64,000 bases of DNA, taken from assembly GCA_030295235.1 (NCBI GenBank), contig AP026141.1, forward strand, positions 124,001 to 188,000, given 5' to 3'. This DNA is from Fistulifera solaris. Lineage: Eukaryota. Shown piece by piece: positions 25,192-38,819 of this stretch. Within the stretch, counting starts at the first letter, position 1. Every line of letters begins with the position of its first letter. The notes below the pieces were generated by a model that was given only the letters and a program-made list of their open reading frames with translations, did not search any database and was not told where the DNA came from. Position numbers and translations under genes: made by a program.

Positions 25192-26997
25192 ATGAGACGC
25201 ACGATACCGACACGGCGGACCGCGACACGCGGCTCCTTGCCGAGCCCCAATACACAAGTCGTTCAGTTGCTTGTGACGGCATCGTTCTGTTTAATTGTCA
25301 TGAGTTTCTTACCCATGATTGTATTGGAAGTATCGGAAGTCAATCACGAAGTCAGTGCTTTGTTAACGCACATGACTGGAGCGAACAATCACGAGGAACA
25401 TCATTCTCCGGTCACGATGAGTTCCGAAGGCGATAGCAAAGTCAGCAAAAGTCGCACAATCCCCAAACAACCACCACCCATGAAAACAACCAAAGACGGA
25501 CGTCACATTTTCGATTTAACACTCGACGATTTAATTCCCGATCCACCGCAATGGGATCAAAAACCCGTCGCACGTGGAATCGCGGGGCGACCTCTTTCTC
25601 AAACGCCACACGTGGCGACCGCCAAGCGGGCTCATTTAGACTGCGGCGACCTGGCGATGGATTCTTTGGCGTACTGGAATGTCGGTGGTGAAATACTCCG
25701 ATCACCCTTTTCGACCAAGAAACCCCATCAATACGTAACATTCAGTCCCGATCGAGGGGGGATGGAACAATGTACGCATGTCGTTGGAAATCATTTTTGT
25801 CATTGCGGCCGCGACGGGACGGACTTTGGTGTTACCACCCAAAGAACCACTGTATTTGATGCATCACGACAAGGCGAATCGGTATCGTGGCTTTGGTGAT
25901 TTCTTTCCTCTCGAACAGTTGCATCCCGTCGTGCCCGTCCTGTCGTTTCAAGACTTTTTTGAGAGTCCGCACCGTCCGCCCGTACCGTCGCACATCGACG
26001 AGGCGGCCATTCAAAAAGCTGCCGATCATTGTGACAAACGAGATGCTTCCGAAAATGCGTGTCGGCATGTCTTTGATTATTTGGAAGCCACGGGGGTTCA
26101 TCAAAATATCAGTGCCGTCCACACGTGTATGATTTTTGACGAAACGGCCTACGTGACGGGGAAGCCACCGACCAATGCGACGATACTGGAACACGTCCAA
26201 CAAGTCTGTGGCCCGACACGGGATCAAGTGTACTTTACCCAAGAAATGAATGATCCGGATATTCTCTTCTTCGCGGCGGGCAACAAAACCTTTCGTTTGT
26301 TGACACATTTCTATGGCATGATTCATTTTACCAATCCAGTTTATGACAACTACTTTCGAAGATTTGTGCGTGATTATTTGCATTATCATGAAGCTATTTA
26401 TTGTGCGGCGGGGAAGATTGTCAAGGCAATTCAAAAAGAGGCGGCCTTGTTGAATGCGAATATCACGGACCCCAAATACGCGGTGCGTGGTGAAGATGGT
26501 TCGGGTGGATATTCGGCGTTACACGTGCGGCGGGGTGATTTGCAGTACAAGAAAGTAAAAATCCCCGCGCAGGAATGGTACGACAATACCAAAGATGTGT
26601 GGTATCCGAAGGAGTTGTTGTATATCGCAACCGACGAACGGGACAAGTCGTTCTTTAATGATATCAAGAAACATCACGAACTGCGCTTCTTGGATGATTA
26701 TTGGGATCTGGCAAATCTGAGTTCCTTAGACCCCAACTACATGGGCATGATTGATACTATTGTGGCCAGTCGGGGGAGGGCTTACGCGGGGACGTGGTTT
26801 AGTACGTTTTCGGGGTATATTAATCGATTACGGGGATATCATGGCTTGAGTATGCAGATTCATGGTACGGCTTCTTGCCCAAGAAAGAAGCCGTCCACGA
26901 GTGGAAATTGGTGAACGAATTCGCCTATGCCTATGAGTGGCCAGATGGTTGGATTGGAATTGATGCCGATGTTTGGCCAGATAGAGATAAGTTTTAA
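25192..26997 (+). CDS. GDP-fucose O-fucosyltransferase-like type II membrane protein
   Basis: DRGGWNNVRM (across a poly-G frameshift at ~25757), ATGRTLVLPP, ALHVRRGD, LYIATDE, GTWFSTFSGYINRLRG. Confidence 0.85.
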
Positions 26998-27793
26998 ATA
27001 ACAAATCAACTGCGGGTTTGTACAGTACTTCAAGGTGAATGCATTTGATTTGCTTATGTGTGGTCTACCAACAATTGTAGCATACTCCGTAATGGATTGG
27101 AGCTCTACGGAAATTCCATCGATTTTATCGCTGTGGTCAATAAAATCAACAAAAGTGGTTGAATTCGACGTAAGTCCCAAAAGGGAGGAGGATTTTGAGG
27201 AATGAGCTACGAATTGTTATGGTTTATGATCGAAGGTAGTTCTTAAGTCCTCACCGTAATTTTTTGCATTGCAATGTTTGGAATATTAACGAATCCGGGA
27301 TTGAAAAGAAATTTGAGTCGTTGAAAAAGTAATCTACTCTTTACAGCAGTGTCCAAGCATGTCTTGGGTCTTGGGTCACGCAATTGACGCAATTCATCGC
27401 TACGATGTCGTCGGAACCAACAGCACCTTTCAAACTAAGATAATGAAGTGAGATACTTGCATCGATTGGTCAAAATATCTCAGAATGTGGTTTGTTGCAT
27501 TGCCATGAATTTTTACCACTCGGGCCGCCGACACCTTATCAGTCTTGTTTTTATTTTAAAAATCATAGACTAGTGATTCACGCTCATAACCTGTTGCGTG
27601 CAAAACCGTCCATCGGTGGTCTGCCCGACGCACGGAAAGTGGTGGGGAAAACGCGCTTGCTCGATCCTTGCATTTCTTCCCTCTCACATCTCATGCTTCG
27701 AAAGTAGCTGCGATAGTTGCATTACAAGTACATTATAGGAGCAAAAAGGACCATTCCTTATAAACATAATTAACGAAAAGAACAAAAAATAAC

Positions 27794-30700
27794 ATGGCTT
27801 CGAAATTCTGGGCAGCAGACGGCAGCTCCGACTCGGAAAGCGACGCCTCCAGCGGATCCAGCTCGGGCTACAGCTCGGACGGGCAGCGCGGAAACAACGA
27901 CAACCGACTGGCTTATGTGTTCAGTGACAGCGACTCGAGTGACGATGAAGGACGCGTCGTCAAGTCGGGCAAGGAACGTGCGTTAGAAAGCTTTCAGACC
28001 CATGGCAAAAATTTGCGAAAGCACATGAAGGACTCGGATTATTGGGAAATTCAACAAGAGTTTGATTTGTTGATGAAAACTATGATCAAAGCAAAGCAGT
28101 ATCTTGCGGAGGGTGTCCCGCGGCCTTTGGTTAAGATCCTCGTTGATTTGGAAGATTATGTCACGGAAAAACTCAAAGATAAAGCCGCTTTCAAAAGTTG
28201 TCTGCTCGCCAAGGTCGTGCTTTGAACCGCATGAAATTGACGCTGAAGAAACACAACAAAGCTTACGAAGTTGTCATTCAAGCGTACCGTCAAAATCCCA
28301 TGGTTTCGGACGACGAAGAGGCGGATGATGATTCCTCGAAGAGTAGTGGCAGCAGTAGTAGCAGTAGCAGCAGCTCCAGTAGTAGTTCCAGCAGCTCGAG
28401 CTCCGACTCGAGCGCGAAGAAAAAGGAAGCGACAAGGACAGCGATTCGGTAAGTTCCCTATTTCGTGCGTTTCAATTGATCCGGCTATACCACAAGGATG
28501 CCCTTCACCTCGCTCGAGGTCGAATTCCTCGTTTCCGATGTCGCGTGGACACGTTCTTGAGCTCGCTGTCAAAGCGATGCGAAGGATCTGTGTCCACGAT
28601 GAATGAGACTAATTCTGTGTAACGAACAGCTACTTTGAGTGATGATTTGCAGTCGAAACATGCTTCTTCTTTATTTCTTGTCGCTCACTTACGTCTTGCT
28701 TTCTACCTTTCCAGGACTCGGATGATGAATCGGATGATAGCGACGTGGATTGGGATGCCGATAGTTCTTCGTCCTCGTCCAGCGACGATGAAGCGGAAGG
28801 AGGTCTTTCTCAGCTCAAGGGACGAGCACTGTGGTTGAAGAAAACAGTCAGCACCAAAAAGAAGGAAAATAAGGTCAAGAGTGACAAGCCGAAAGCTTCA
28901 CAGGACTTGAAAAAAGCAGCGAGGTTGGCAGCGGAAGCATTGACTGCAACCAAGTCAGTAATTCCGGCAGAAGGTCTAACACCCAGTATCTTGGACCGCA
29001 AAGTTAAAGAGCTTGCGGCTCAACGCGGACGTCGTGGCAAAGATAATCGTCAGTTGCTCCGTGAATTGGAAGCGTTGTCGCGCCTTTCCCTCAAATTTGG
29101 ACCACGCGTTGAGGTCCCCATTCTTATGTATGTAATTTCGGCTCAGTTCGGACTCCAGCGTACTATGGAGGATTTCATGGATACGCTAACTTGGAAAGCT
29201 TGCGCTGGATACTTGCAACGTATTGCTGATGTCGTCGATGAAGGATATACTCTTAGCAATGAGGCTGTTGACGAAAGTGACTTGTTCCTCAGTTCAGGGG
29301 GTCACACGAAGATGAAGGCTGCGGCTAATGCGGCCGACGGCGCCATGGCTGCAGTCGCAGCCGATGAGAAGTTGGTCAACCCGCATACTGGTGAGTCTGA
29401 GACTCAAGATGAACGGGCTGAACGATTGCGCTTGGAAAAGAGAAGGCGATGACTGCCGAAGAAAAGAAAGTCATACCTGTAGTGGGTTCTCTTGCTCTAC
29501 ATCTTAGCCGTCTGGAGGAAGAGTACACCAAAAGCTTGCAGAGGACGTCACATCACTCGCAAGAATATATTGCGCGCCTGAGAGACGAATCAAAGTTGGT
29601 GGAGCTTTTGGCTCGATTCCAGTCTTACTTTGAGCAGCAAAATATGCCCAGTGAAGCAGCTGCACTTGCTCAGCTACGAGTTGAACATTTGTATTATCGT
29701 CACGACTCCATTGCACGCGAAGTCGACAAAGCCGCACTTTTCAACGAGCGATTTGGAGACGTCGCTATGCTGCACCCATCGTGTCATGTGGTTGAGGAAG
29801 CCTTCACTGGTCCGCACGATTTCAGCAAAATCCATCCAGGTGCCGTTCAAGGAAAGCCTTCCATTCAAAGTGAATCTGAGACCGATTTTGCAGGGCTTAT
29901 ATCGGATCTTTGCAAGTATGTTTACAAACATGGGACCGATCAGGCTAAAATGCGTGCTGTTATATGCCACGTTTACCACCATGCTATTCACGACAGATTT
30001 TTGGATGCCAGAGATTTGTTGCTTATGTCGCATTTGCAAGACAAGATTCATGACTGCGGCGATACGTCCACGATGATCATGTTCAACAGAATGATGGTGA
30101 ACATTGGCATGTGTGCGTTCCGCCTGGGTCGCATTTACGACGCTCATCAATGTCTTGCCGACATTTGCTCTGTCCGTGTCCGCGAATTGTTGGCTCAGGG
30201 AGTGACTATGGGCAGGTTTAACGAAAAAAGTGCGGAACAAGAAAAAGCAGAGAAGCGTCGTCAGGTGCCTTATCATCAGCATATCAATCTCGATTTGCTT
30301 GAGGCATGCCATTTGATCAGTGCAATGCTGTTGGAGGTTCCTAACATGGCTGGCGAAGCCTCCAATCGCCGTGGACGCGTTATTTCGCGAACCTTCCGTA
30401 AATATCACGATCAATACAACCACCAAGTCTTTACGGGTCCTCCTGAGCAGACACGCGATTTTGTGATGTGTGCGGCAAAGCATCTCATGAAGGGCGAATG
30501 GCAAACATGTGCTGAGCTTGTGTCCAATCTTGATGTGTGGCAGCTCGTTCCAGGAGAAGATGCGGCCAAGAAGATTGGAAAGATGTTGACGGAAAAGGTA
30601 AAGCTAGAAGGTCTCCGCACGTATTTGTTCGCCTTCTCTACGCAATACGATTCGATGTCGCTAGCCCAGCTTTGTGCCATGTTTGAAATGACAAAGAATG

Positions 30701-31127
30701 AAGTGCATAGTGTTGTTTCGAAGATGATGATTAATCGCGAACTGTACGCTAGCTGGGATCAGCCTACGGAGACGATTGTCTTGCAGCGTGTGGAGCCTAC
30801 GGCACTACAAGTCATGGCTCTCCAATTTGCGGAGAAAGCAGGTGTTCTTATGGAAACCAACGAGAGACTACTAGACGCTCAGACCGGAGGACATGGATTC
30901 AAAGACGATCACTGGAAAATGGCGATGGCGATGACCGTTGGCAAGGACGTGGAGGAAATCAACGGGGCCATCAACGTGGAGGCCGCGGCGGGCGCGGCGG
31001 TGGAAACCAACGCGGCCGAGGAGGAGGAGGTTTCCAACGTGGCAAAGATCGTAACCAGGGACGTCGCACAGGTGGTGGCCGCGGTGGCGGCCGTGGTGGT
31101 GACAAGAATCGAGATCGCCGTAATTAG
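27794..31127 (+). CDS. EIF3C: Eukaryotic translation initiation factor 3 subunit C
   Basis: Acidic SDSD N-terminus, RVVKSGKER, LLLMSHLQ, RRQVPYHQHINLDLLEA, GPPEQTRD, PCI domain, RGG tail. Intron at ~28449-28714; several frameshifts. Confidence 0.95.
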
Positions 31128-31703
31128 ATATAATTGGTGCTTACGTCAATTACATCATCTAATCATTCTTGCTACGTTGAGTTGTTTGTGTGATTTGTGA
31201 TCTGTTATGGTACTACCAGCTAAAATAGACCGACCCATCTCTACGGTCTTTATTATTATTTGGGGCAAACGTAGACTCTAGCCAAAAGCTCTCTCGATCG
31301 GATAAGGTTTGGAATGCCGTGCCCGTCTATTGAACGAGGTTGGATTCGATTTAGATGTAGGTCGCCTAACAAATTTTCTGATCCATTATATCCACAATAT
31401 TTTGAAAATGTAATTAGGTAATGAATTAAATCAACGGAAATGAAGGCACGGTTTGAATTGTTTCGTCCTCCTATGATCTCTAATTCCAAATACTCTGAAC
31501 CGAGTAGTATGCGCGGAACTGTAGTCGGGGGGAAGGCGCTTTCCCTCCGAGCCTCCAAGGTTCTTATGCGGCCGCGGTGGGTCTTTTGCAGGTTTGGTGC
31601 AACGAGGTAAGAGTGAGAGTGTATCATCCTTCATTCCAATTGCTTCATTCTTTTCCATTGTATTTTTATTCATTCGCACGCACCGGGAGTACACAAGCAC
31701 AAG

Positions 31704-34368
31704 ATGATAGTGCGTGCGATTACTGCGGTCTCTTTGCTCGCGCTCGTATCCAGTACGGACGTAAGGCGAAGACGGCGCGTCTCGTTTTTGGATGTCGATC
31801 CGCATGTGGGTGAAGTACTGCATCACCAACAGGATATGTTTTTCGCGATGGAAGAAAGACAACAATTTTTAGACATGTTTCAGTCGAATTCGTTCGGTAG
31901 TTTTTCCATGCCGGTTACGAAAGCGCCAGCGGTAGTTGCACCGACTCCCATTGTTGTACCTACAATCCCTTCTTCTCCTACTCCGTCGACTCCTTCCGTA
32001 ATTGCGCCATCCGCTCCTTCTCCAGTAACAGAGCCGTCGGTTCCGACGATCATTGCGCCGTCGGTGCCTTCTGTACCGACTCCTATAATCACTCCCTCGG
32101 TGCCTTCGGCTCCGACTCCGGATATTACGCCCACTGCTCCGGTAGCAATCCCCACCGTTCCGTCGGCTCCATCGATTATCACCCCGTCGGCTCCTTCGGT
32201 GATTGCACCGACGTCGGATATTACGCCCACAATTCCTTCCGTGCCGACGCCGGATGTTACACCGACCGTCCCTTCGGTGGTAGCCCCCACGCCGGTAGCC
32301 GCGCCCACAGTTCCTTCTCCCGTGATTGCACCTGCAACTCCTTCGGTAATTACGCCGACAACCCCTTCGGTAATTGCACCTACAACACCTTCCGTGATTG
32401 CCCCTGCAACACCTTCTGTAGTTGCTCCGACAGCGCCTTCAGTCATTACACCGACAACACCTTCAGTCGTTGCACCGACCGCTCCTTCAGGTGTCATGCC
32501 CACCGTTCCTACGTCTCCGGCCGTACCGACAATTATCGTTCCGGTGACGGGATCGCCCGTCGTTGCACGCACCGAAGCACCCAGCGATTTTGATTCTCAA
32601 GTACCCAGTGGAAGTGGTAGTTCCGACGTGCCCAATGCCAGCATCGAAACGCTGGTACCCAGTACCAGCACGGGATCGCCGGGAATCTCCGATGCTCCCG
32701 CGCAAGAACGCACCGAAGCGCCCGTGGCGTGCCCGACGTCCCGTCAAGAAGCCTTGTTACAGACACTCAATGGCACGACCAGTACGACATTGCTGCTCAA
32801 TGCATCGTCATCGCAAGGACAAGCCTTTGCGTGGTTGTTGAACAATGATACCACTTACAGTCCTTGCGCAGAAAATATTCCGCAACGGTACGCACTGGCC
32901 GTTTTGAATTATGAATGGCAAAATTTTGCCACTCGCAACAATACCGGGTGGTTGTTGGCGTCTTCGGAATGTGAATGGCAGTATGTCGAGTGTGATCCCA
33001 GTTCGAAGGTCGTGGTGGAATTGGTATTTAGTAAGTTAAATGGAGATGGCATATCGTGCGAATGATCAGGAAACAAGGACATTGGACTAACCCATTCTCT
33101 TATCCTATTTTGCATTACAGATAACTTGGGCTTGACAGGAACGATCCCTCCAGAAATCATTGTATTGTCGAGCTTGCGAACATTGTACCTGTTTGGTAAC
33201 AATCTCAACGGCGCGTTCCCATCGGAATTCGGATCGATGCAAGAACTCACGGAACTCGATGTAGAAGAAAACTCGTTACAGGGCAATCCATGGAGTGTAT
33301 TGAATCCTTTGACCAATTTACGGCGTTTGCGATTGAGTTCCAACATGTTTACCGGTACCCTTCCGAACACGATTGGGGATATGGTAGAGTTGCGTGAACT
33401 GTGGGTTGCCGACAATATGTTTATGGGAACGCTGCCGACGCAACTGGCTCTCTTGTCTTCTCTTCGTAAGTGTATGCAGTGTGGCATTCACTGCGAATCC
33501 CATCATCCAAAAAACTCACCGTATTCGTCTTTACGCATTTGCTCTTTGATTGCAGAATCGCTCATCGTATTCGAAAATAGCTTTACTGGAACATTACCGA
33601 AAGAGCTGGCCAGCTTGGATCTTCTGGAATTCCGTGCTAATCAAAACCAACTCATGGGTACTATACCGACGGAAATAACGCAGAACAGCACCATGCAATT
33701 CCTCAGACTGGACAGTAATCAATTTACTGGTACCATCCCCTCAACAATTGGCGATATGACGGGATTAGTGGATCTTCGTCTGAACAACAACACACTGACG
33801 GGTCCCATTCCTTTCACATTTTACGGGCTCAACCAACTGCGTAAGTCTCATATATTTGCGTCTGTTGTAACAGAGAATGATCTGGTCTGTTTTTACTCAC
33901 ACTTTGAAAATCCCAGTTGTCGTGGACCTCAGTTTTAACGCCCTGACAGGTTCCATTCGTGATAATTTCGGTTTGTTTGAACAGCTGACACACTTTGACG
34001 TGTCAAACAATCAATTAACTGGTGTCATTCCAGCGTCTTTGTTTGACGTCCCCACGATTCGGCTGCTGTATTTGGCCCGCAACCAACTTTTCGGCCCCAT
34101 TCCGAGCAACTACGGTTCCGCCATGTCATTGCGCGATCTGTATATACAAGGTAATCAGTTGCAGGGTACCGTGCCTCCCATTTCCGCTGGAGGTCTAGCT
34201 TCCTTGACGGAATTTTTACTGCATGACAACAATATTGAAGGTCAAATGCCGGCGTCCGTCTGCGCCTTGCTTTCAACGCGGGCACTAGAAGATTTATGGG
34301 CCGATTGCGATGTGGGAGGCCTCATCGAGTGTTCTTGTTGCACTCAATGCAGCAATTTCCCGCTATAG
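31704..34368 (+). CDS. Secreted LRR protein with Pro/Thr/Ser-rich (mucin-like) repeat stalk
   Basis: Signal peptide, (A/T)PSV(I/V)(A/T)PT repeats, QRYALAV...ECEW cap, plant-type LRRs (LTGTIP), C-terminal ADC...ECSCCTQC. Three introns. Confidence 0.85.
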
Positions 34369-34637
34369 GTTATGAAACAGAGAGACACTGAATGCCAGGC
34401 TTAATTTTATGTTGAAGTAGAGATTATTTTTATTACTCCTTTTGATTTCTTTCTGGAAGCAACGATATGATCGTAAATAGTAAATATTAGAAACAAATGT
34501 GAGCCGTACCGCTTAGCAATGAGCACGGATACTTGAAGAAGAATGGCAAGCAGCGTAAAGCAATCTCAAGCTACACCGTCATCTATCATTATCGAGTACG
34601 AACGTCAGTGACTCCGTACTATCTTGTATTGTCTACG

Positions 34638-36707
34638 TCAATGATGAAATGATTCCTGATAGCTCATTGACTCGGTATCATTGAAATCGTTGCCCAGCAT
34701 CACCGCTCGGGGCACGCGGCTACTACTTCCACTCGGAGACGTTTCGTCCGTATCACTCGTTTTACTCCGGTCACTTTCATAGCGTCGGACCGCTCGAACG
34801 GGCTCACGGTTTCCCGGTGATGCTGGGTACGAACTGCCATGCTTTTCCAAATCCATCGAGTTTTGCATGCGCAGGTTCGGTGTCCGGGTCAGAACGCGTC
34901 GTTGCGCCGAAGGTGTCACAACTTCCGGTGGAGTTTCGATATCATTGCCCATCAGAGATCTCCTGCGAACAAAGACGGGGTTTCCGGAGGGACTTGTATG
35001 AGTGTCGGACGGGTCTACCAACCGTATGGCATTGTGTTGTCTGTCGGATGATGAAAGACCTCGACCGACGGTCTCCTTGATTGCCGTGGATGTACCCGGT
35101 GACAAGAATATTGGAGCAGGTGATAGCTGTCGCGTCGATGTGTTGATTCCGGATCTGCTACTGGTGGCTTGTGAGTGGTCATCACGATTGATCATCATTC
35201 TCCTTCGACTGCCATCCGACCCAGCCGAAGACAGTATGGAACCACGCGAATTGGGAACTCCCAACGAAGCAGACTCGGACTGTGGCGTACTTGGTTCATA
35301 CAACGACCGCGAGCGAGGTGGAATGCGGAAACTGCCACTACGGTCGGAACCATGTCGGGATAAGCCGAATCGTTCTTCAATGCGGGCAATGCTTTCCACC
35401 ATGCGTTGATGCTCTTCCACTTGTCGTGAAACACCCATAATGGAGAATGCCTGTATCAATGTACTTCGCTCCATTCTCAGCGTTTTGCACTCGTTTTGCA
35501 ATTTTCGTATTTCTTCATTCATTGCGGCGTTTTCGGTGGTAAGAGTTTGAATTTTGTTTTCGTAATGGGCTTTTTGCTTAGTATCTCCATCACTGGAGTC
35601 TCGTCTCAATAGATCCAAAGCAATCTGCTGAAAATCAATCCGATGCGAGTCGAACCGCAAGTCAATTTCGACCATGGGACCGAAAGCTTCTAACAAGACG
35701 CGTGCCGACTCGGACGAAATTGGATTGCGTTCTAGAGACACCACATCCAATACACTGACGATTTTCTCCACGAGCGCCAAATCGGCAATACAACTCGCAT
35801 CTTCAATCTGATTACCATTCAATTCGAGCCATTCCAAGGGCGGACGAGCACTTTTCAATGCCGCGACGACTCCTTTCACTCCATTGTCGCGCAAACCCAC
35901 GTCGCGCAATTTGAGGGTGCGCAATTGCCCCAATTGTCGTAAGGCACCACACAAACCGTCGTCTCCCAACTCACTGACACTGATCATAGATCCATCCAGT
36001 ATTAAATGGCGCAATTGCAACGACTGTGTGGCGAGCATCTTCAATCCGGCCCAGGGCAACGTCCCCGAGGCCCATCGCAAGGAGAGTAATTGCGTGCATT
36101 TGGCGACAAAGTCACACGCTTCCATGGCCGATTCTTCTCCGGGGGAACGGACAAAGACTAAATACAAGTCTTCTAATGCATGGAGGGGAACGTGCGTCGT
36201 GAATTCCTTCATACTGCGCGGATCCATGGAAACATGATCCAACAACAACTTGCGGAGACAGGAACAATGTCTGACATGGCGCCATAGGCTTGCGGGTAAC
36301 GTATTTTGACTCAAATTGAGAACTTCCACAGAACTCGTCGTCGTTTTGGGTAATAACGACGATAACAAGATTTCCAGTGACTCGGCATCGATCGGGTTAT
36401 TGCTGTTGTCTTCCGAAGTACAAATATCTTTTAGGGACAATTGCACGACGGATGTCGCAAATTGCGACAAGAACGCGGCCAAACTGCGTGCCGCATCGCG
36501 ATCGCGAAAACGGACGTGAACGACCTTTAAACGATCCGGTTGAATGTTTAGTTCTTGTTCAATGAAATGCGCTGCCGCCCAATTCGCACATTCGGCATCC
36601 ACGAAGCGAGGCAATCGAACCGAAATAATGTTGTCGTGACGATCAATTGTCACGACGTCGACATCGGCACTGCCTTCGACGGCCAATGTTACAGTTCGTG
36701 ATGTCAT
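34638..36707 (-). CDS. RNI-like LRR protein with coiled coil and Ser/Arg-rich tail
   Basis: VEVLNLSQN, LRTLKLRDVGL, LEWLELNGNQI and heptad repeats in a 734-aa ORF; start taken at MTSRT. Confidence 0.7.
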   Translation of the reverse strand: MTSRTVTLAVEGSADVDVVTIDRHDNIISVRLPRFVDAECANWAAAHFIEQELNIQPDRLKVVHVRFRDRDAARSLAAFLSQFATSVVQLSLKDICTSEDNSNNPIDAESLEILLSSLLPKTTTSSVEVLNLSQNTLPASLWRHVRHCSCLRKLLLDHVSMDPRSMKEFTTHVPLHALEDLYLVFVRSPGEESAMEACDFVAKCTQLLSLRWASGTLPWAGLKMLATQSLQLRHLILDGSMISVSELGDDGLCGALRQLGQLRTLKLRDVGLRDNGVKGVVAALKSARPPLEWLELNGNQIEDASCIADLALVEKIVSVLDVVSLERNPISSESARVLLEAFGPMVEIDLRFDSHRIDFQQIALDLLRRDSSDGDTKQKAHYENKIQTLTTENAAMNEEIRKLQNECKTLRMERSTLIQAFSIMGVSRQVEEHQRMVESIARIEERFGLSRHGSDRSGSFRIPPRSRSLYEPSTPQSESASLGVPNSRGSILSSAGSDGSRRRMMINRDDHSQATSSRSGINTSTRQLSPAPIFLSPGTSTAIKETVGRGLSSSDRQHNAIRLVDPSDTHTSPSGNPVFVRRRSLMGNDIETPPEVVTPSAQRRVLTRTPNLRMQNSMDLEKHGSSYPASPGNREPVRAVRRYESDRSKTSDTDETSPSGSSSRVPRAVMLGNDFNDTESMSYQESFHH

Positions 36708-37143
36708 TGTTGTTAATTGTGCGTGTATGATTATTTTTAAATGATATAGAAGATCGTTGCATCCTTGAGAATGATTTTTTGATGCGATGACGAAGTAGTG
36801 ATTTTTTTTTTCACGTTTGCCCACGCATTTTCTTGCATCCAACTCCGCTTCTTGTTTTTGTGTCTTGCTTCATCTTGGAGTATGGCGTAAGAAGTTAGTT
36901 TACGGCAGGTAAGACGTTTTGTACTTAGCTAAACGTTTGGCAAGTGACATCATGTAGGACGAAGTATAAGGTTTTGAGTGGAGAAGGACTATGGATGGAC
37001 ATTTTGGCAACCCACGAGTCAGCATGCAGTTCCCGTAAACCTATCGTTTGGTTGAGCATTGAGCATTCCTGAATAGCCATATGGTGTCACGTATTCTATC
37101 TTATTTTCATTATGTTAGCTTACTAAAGTGCCTAACTCTCGTT

Positions 37144-38472
37144 CTAGCAATCCTCGTCGTCGTCATCCAGATCATCGTAATCGGGAACGAGCATACTTGT
37201 GGTGGGTGCTTTGTGAAAGAATTCGCGCTGTATCGCCCGCACGTCTTCCATGACGGCCAACATGGCAAATCGGGCAATGCAATGCTTCCACCGTGTCATG
37301 ACACTTTGTGCCAAACCATCACCGGGAGCTTCCAACACGAGCAGTTCGGCACTTTCGGCGGTGCGCAACGTCCAACAACGATGCGGTCGGGCGTACGGGT
37401 ATTGGGAAAAACGCCTTGGCAACGCAACAATCCGACAGATATTCAACAACCGCAACCGCCGTGGTCGACTCTCGTTCGGTTTCTTCCACATCAGCGAAGG
37501 TTCCAACATGTCGTGAGGAAGAATGGTGCCCTTTTCGAGCCAGGCACGAATCACCACGGGATGTCCACCGTCGGAAGGATGTAGCTTTAAATCCCAAGTC
37601 ATATTGAAGGATTCTTGTACAATGGCCGCAGTATCCATATTGAGGGACGGTTCGGTCGAAATGTCATTTTCCATGACAACAGGAGTATCGTTTGAAGCAG
37701 AAGTCGCGGTGAAACACACGTCTTCGGGGTCACTATCGTACCCCAAGTCGCTCTTGGAAGGAGCAACAAGGGATTGTTGACGCAGCACATTGATATCAAA
37801 CGACCGCGTTTGCAACACGGAAATGGGCGATGCCCGCAAATCGCCTCGTGCTTCTCGCAAGCGCCGCACTTTCTTCGCGCGTTGACGAAACGTACGATGT
37901 TGTGGACGTCGTTGCGGTGTTGCAACCTGTTGCTGCACCAGACAGAAACATCCGTTCCAGAGGTATTGCAGTTCGCAAGTCGAAGGTTGCGTCACACAAG
38001 CGAGAATATCAAAGACATCGGACTGCACTTGCTCGGATAAATGATCTTCTTCCGCCGACGAGGAAGGTGATATGGAAGGAGAACGCTGTAAATTAGGTAC
38101 GTCACTTTTGTCGTGTTCCCTCGATGGAGTAAAGCAAAAGGAGTCCATGAACTTTCTCCGTCACTCGATCGAGCATCGAGTGTTGTGGAATAATGGCGTT
38201 ATTTTGTGTTTTGAAGCAAGGCCGACAGAGAGGATGAGAAGGAGGAGTTGGAGGGCGTTCGTCACTTCTCTCTATCACTACGATTCTGGTATTATTATGC
38301 AAGAGTTCCTCTTCTTCTTCGTCCTCTTCGTCTTCGTCAGCCATAATATTGAGTAACGACGTGTGCGTGTTGATGGTGATTCTCGATGTTTCCACGCAAC
38401 CGCTTTCGTCGGCGTCTTGCGTGAACAGTATTCCTTCGCTACTCCTCATTTTCCGCACTTCTTCCTCATCCA
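37144..38472 (-). CDS. Uncharacterised protein (C-terminal PH-like fold possible)
   Basis: Two overlapping ORFs (129 and 334 aa) with one frameshift; conserved-looking C-terminal block (LGYDSDPE...AWLEKG...EPSLMW). Confidence 0.6.
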
Positions 38473-38819
38473 TTCGAGGAATTCTCTGCAACAGTCTGTA
38501 TGATAGTTATGATTAGAAACAATAAATGAAACCCTTCGTCGTTTTGCCCCACCGATTTTGAGCGGTTCGGAATTTCCATCCACGAAACAGAGCGGCTGGC
38601 GTTCTAAATTTTCGTCCCCATTCGAACGAACAGTGTTGGGTCCCGTCTTGCTATGTGTGATGAATTTGACACTCTAAGTATGTTGCTTACTATTACTTGT
38701 TTTGTACATTTGAAAACTGGCTGGCTCGCACAGCGCGCGCTCGACGTCAGGAGTCAGGACTTGCTGCCGAAAATTTGACTCCGTTCGGTCAACCGTTTAG
38801 ATTCAAGCGGTAAATGCCG

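Noticed and set aside
28340..28412. AGY/poly-Ser repeat in eIF3c and GN repeat at ~17905-17985
   Set aside because: Ordinary coding low-complexity tracts.
31880..32572. 230-aa antisense G/V/T-rich ORF
   Set aside because: Shadow of the Pro/Thr-rich repeat on the coding strand.
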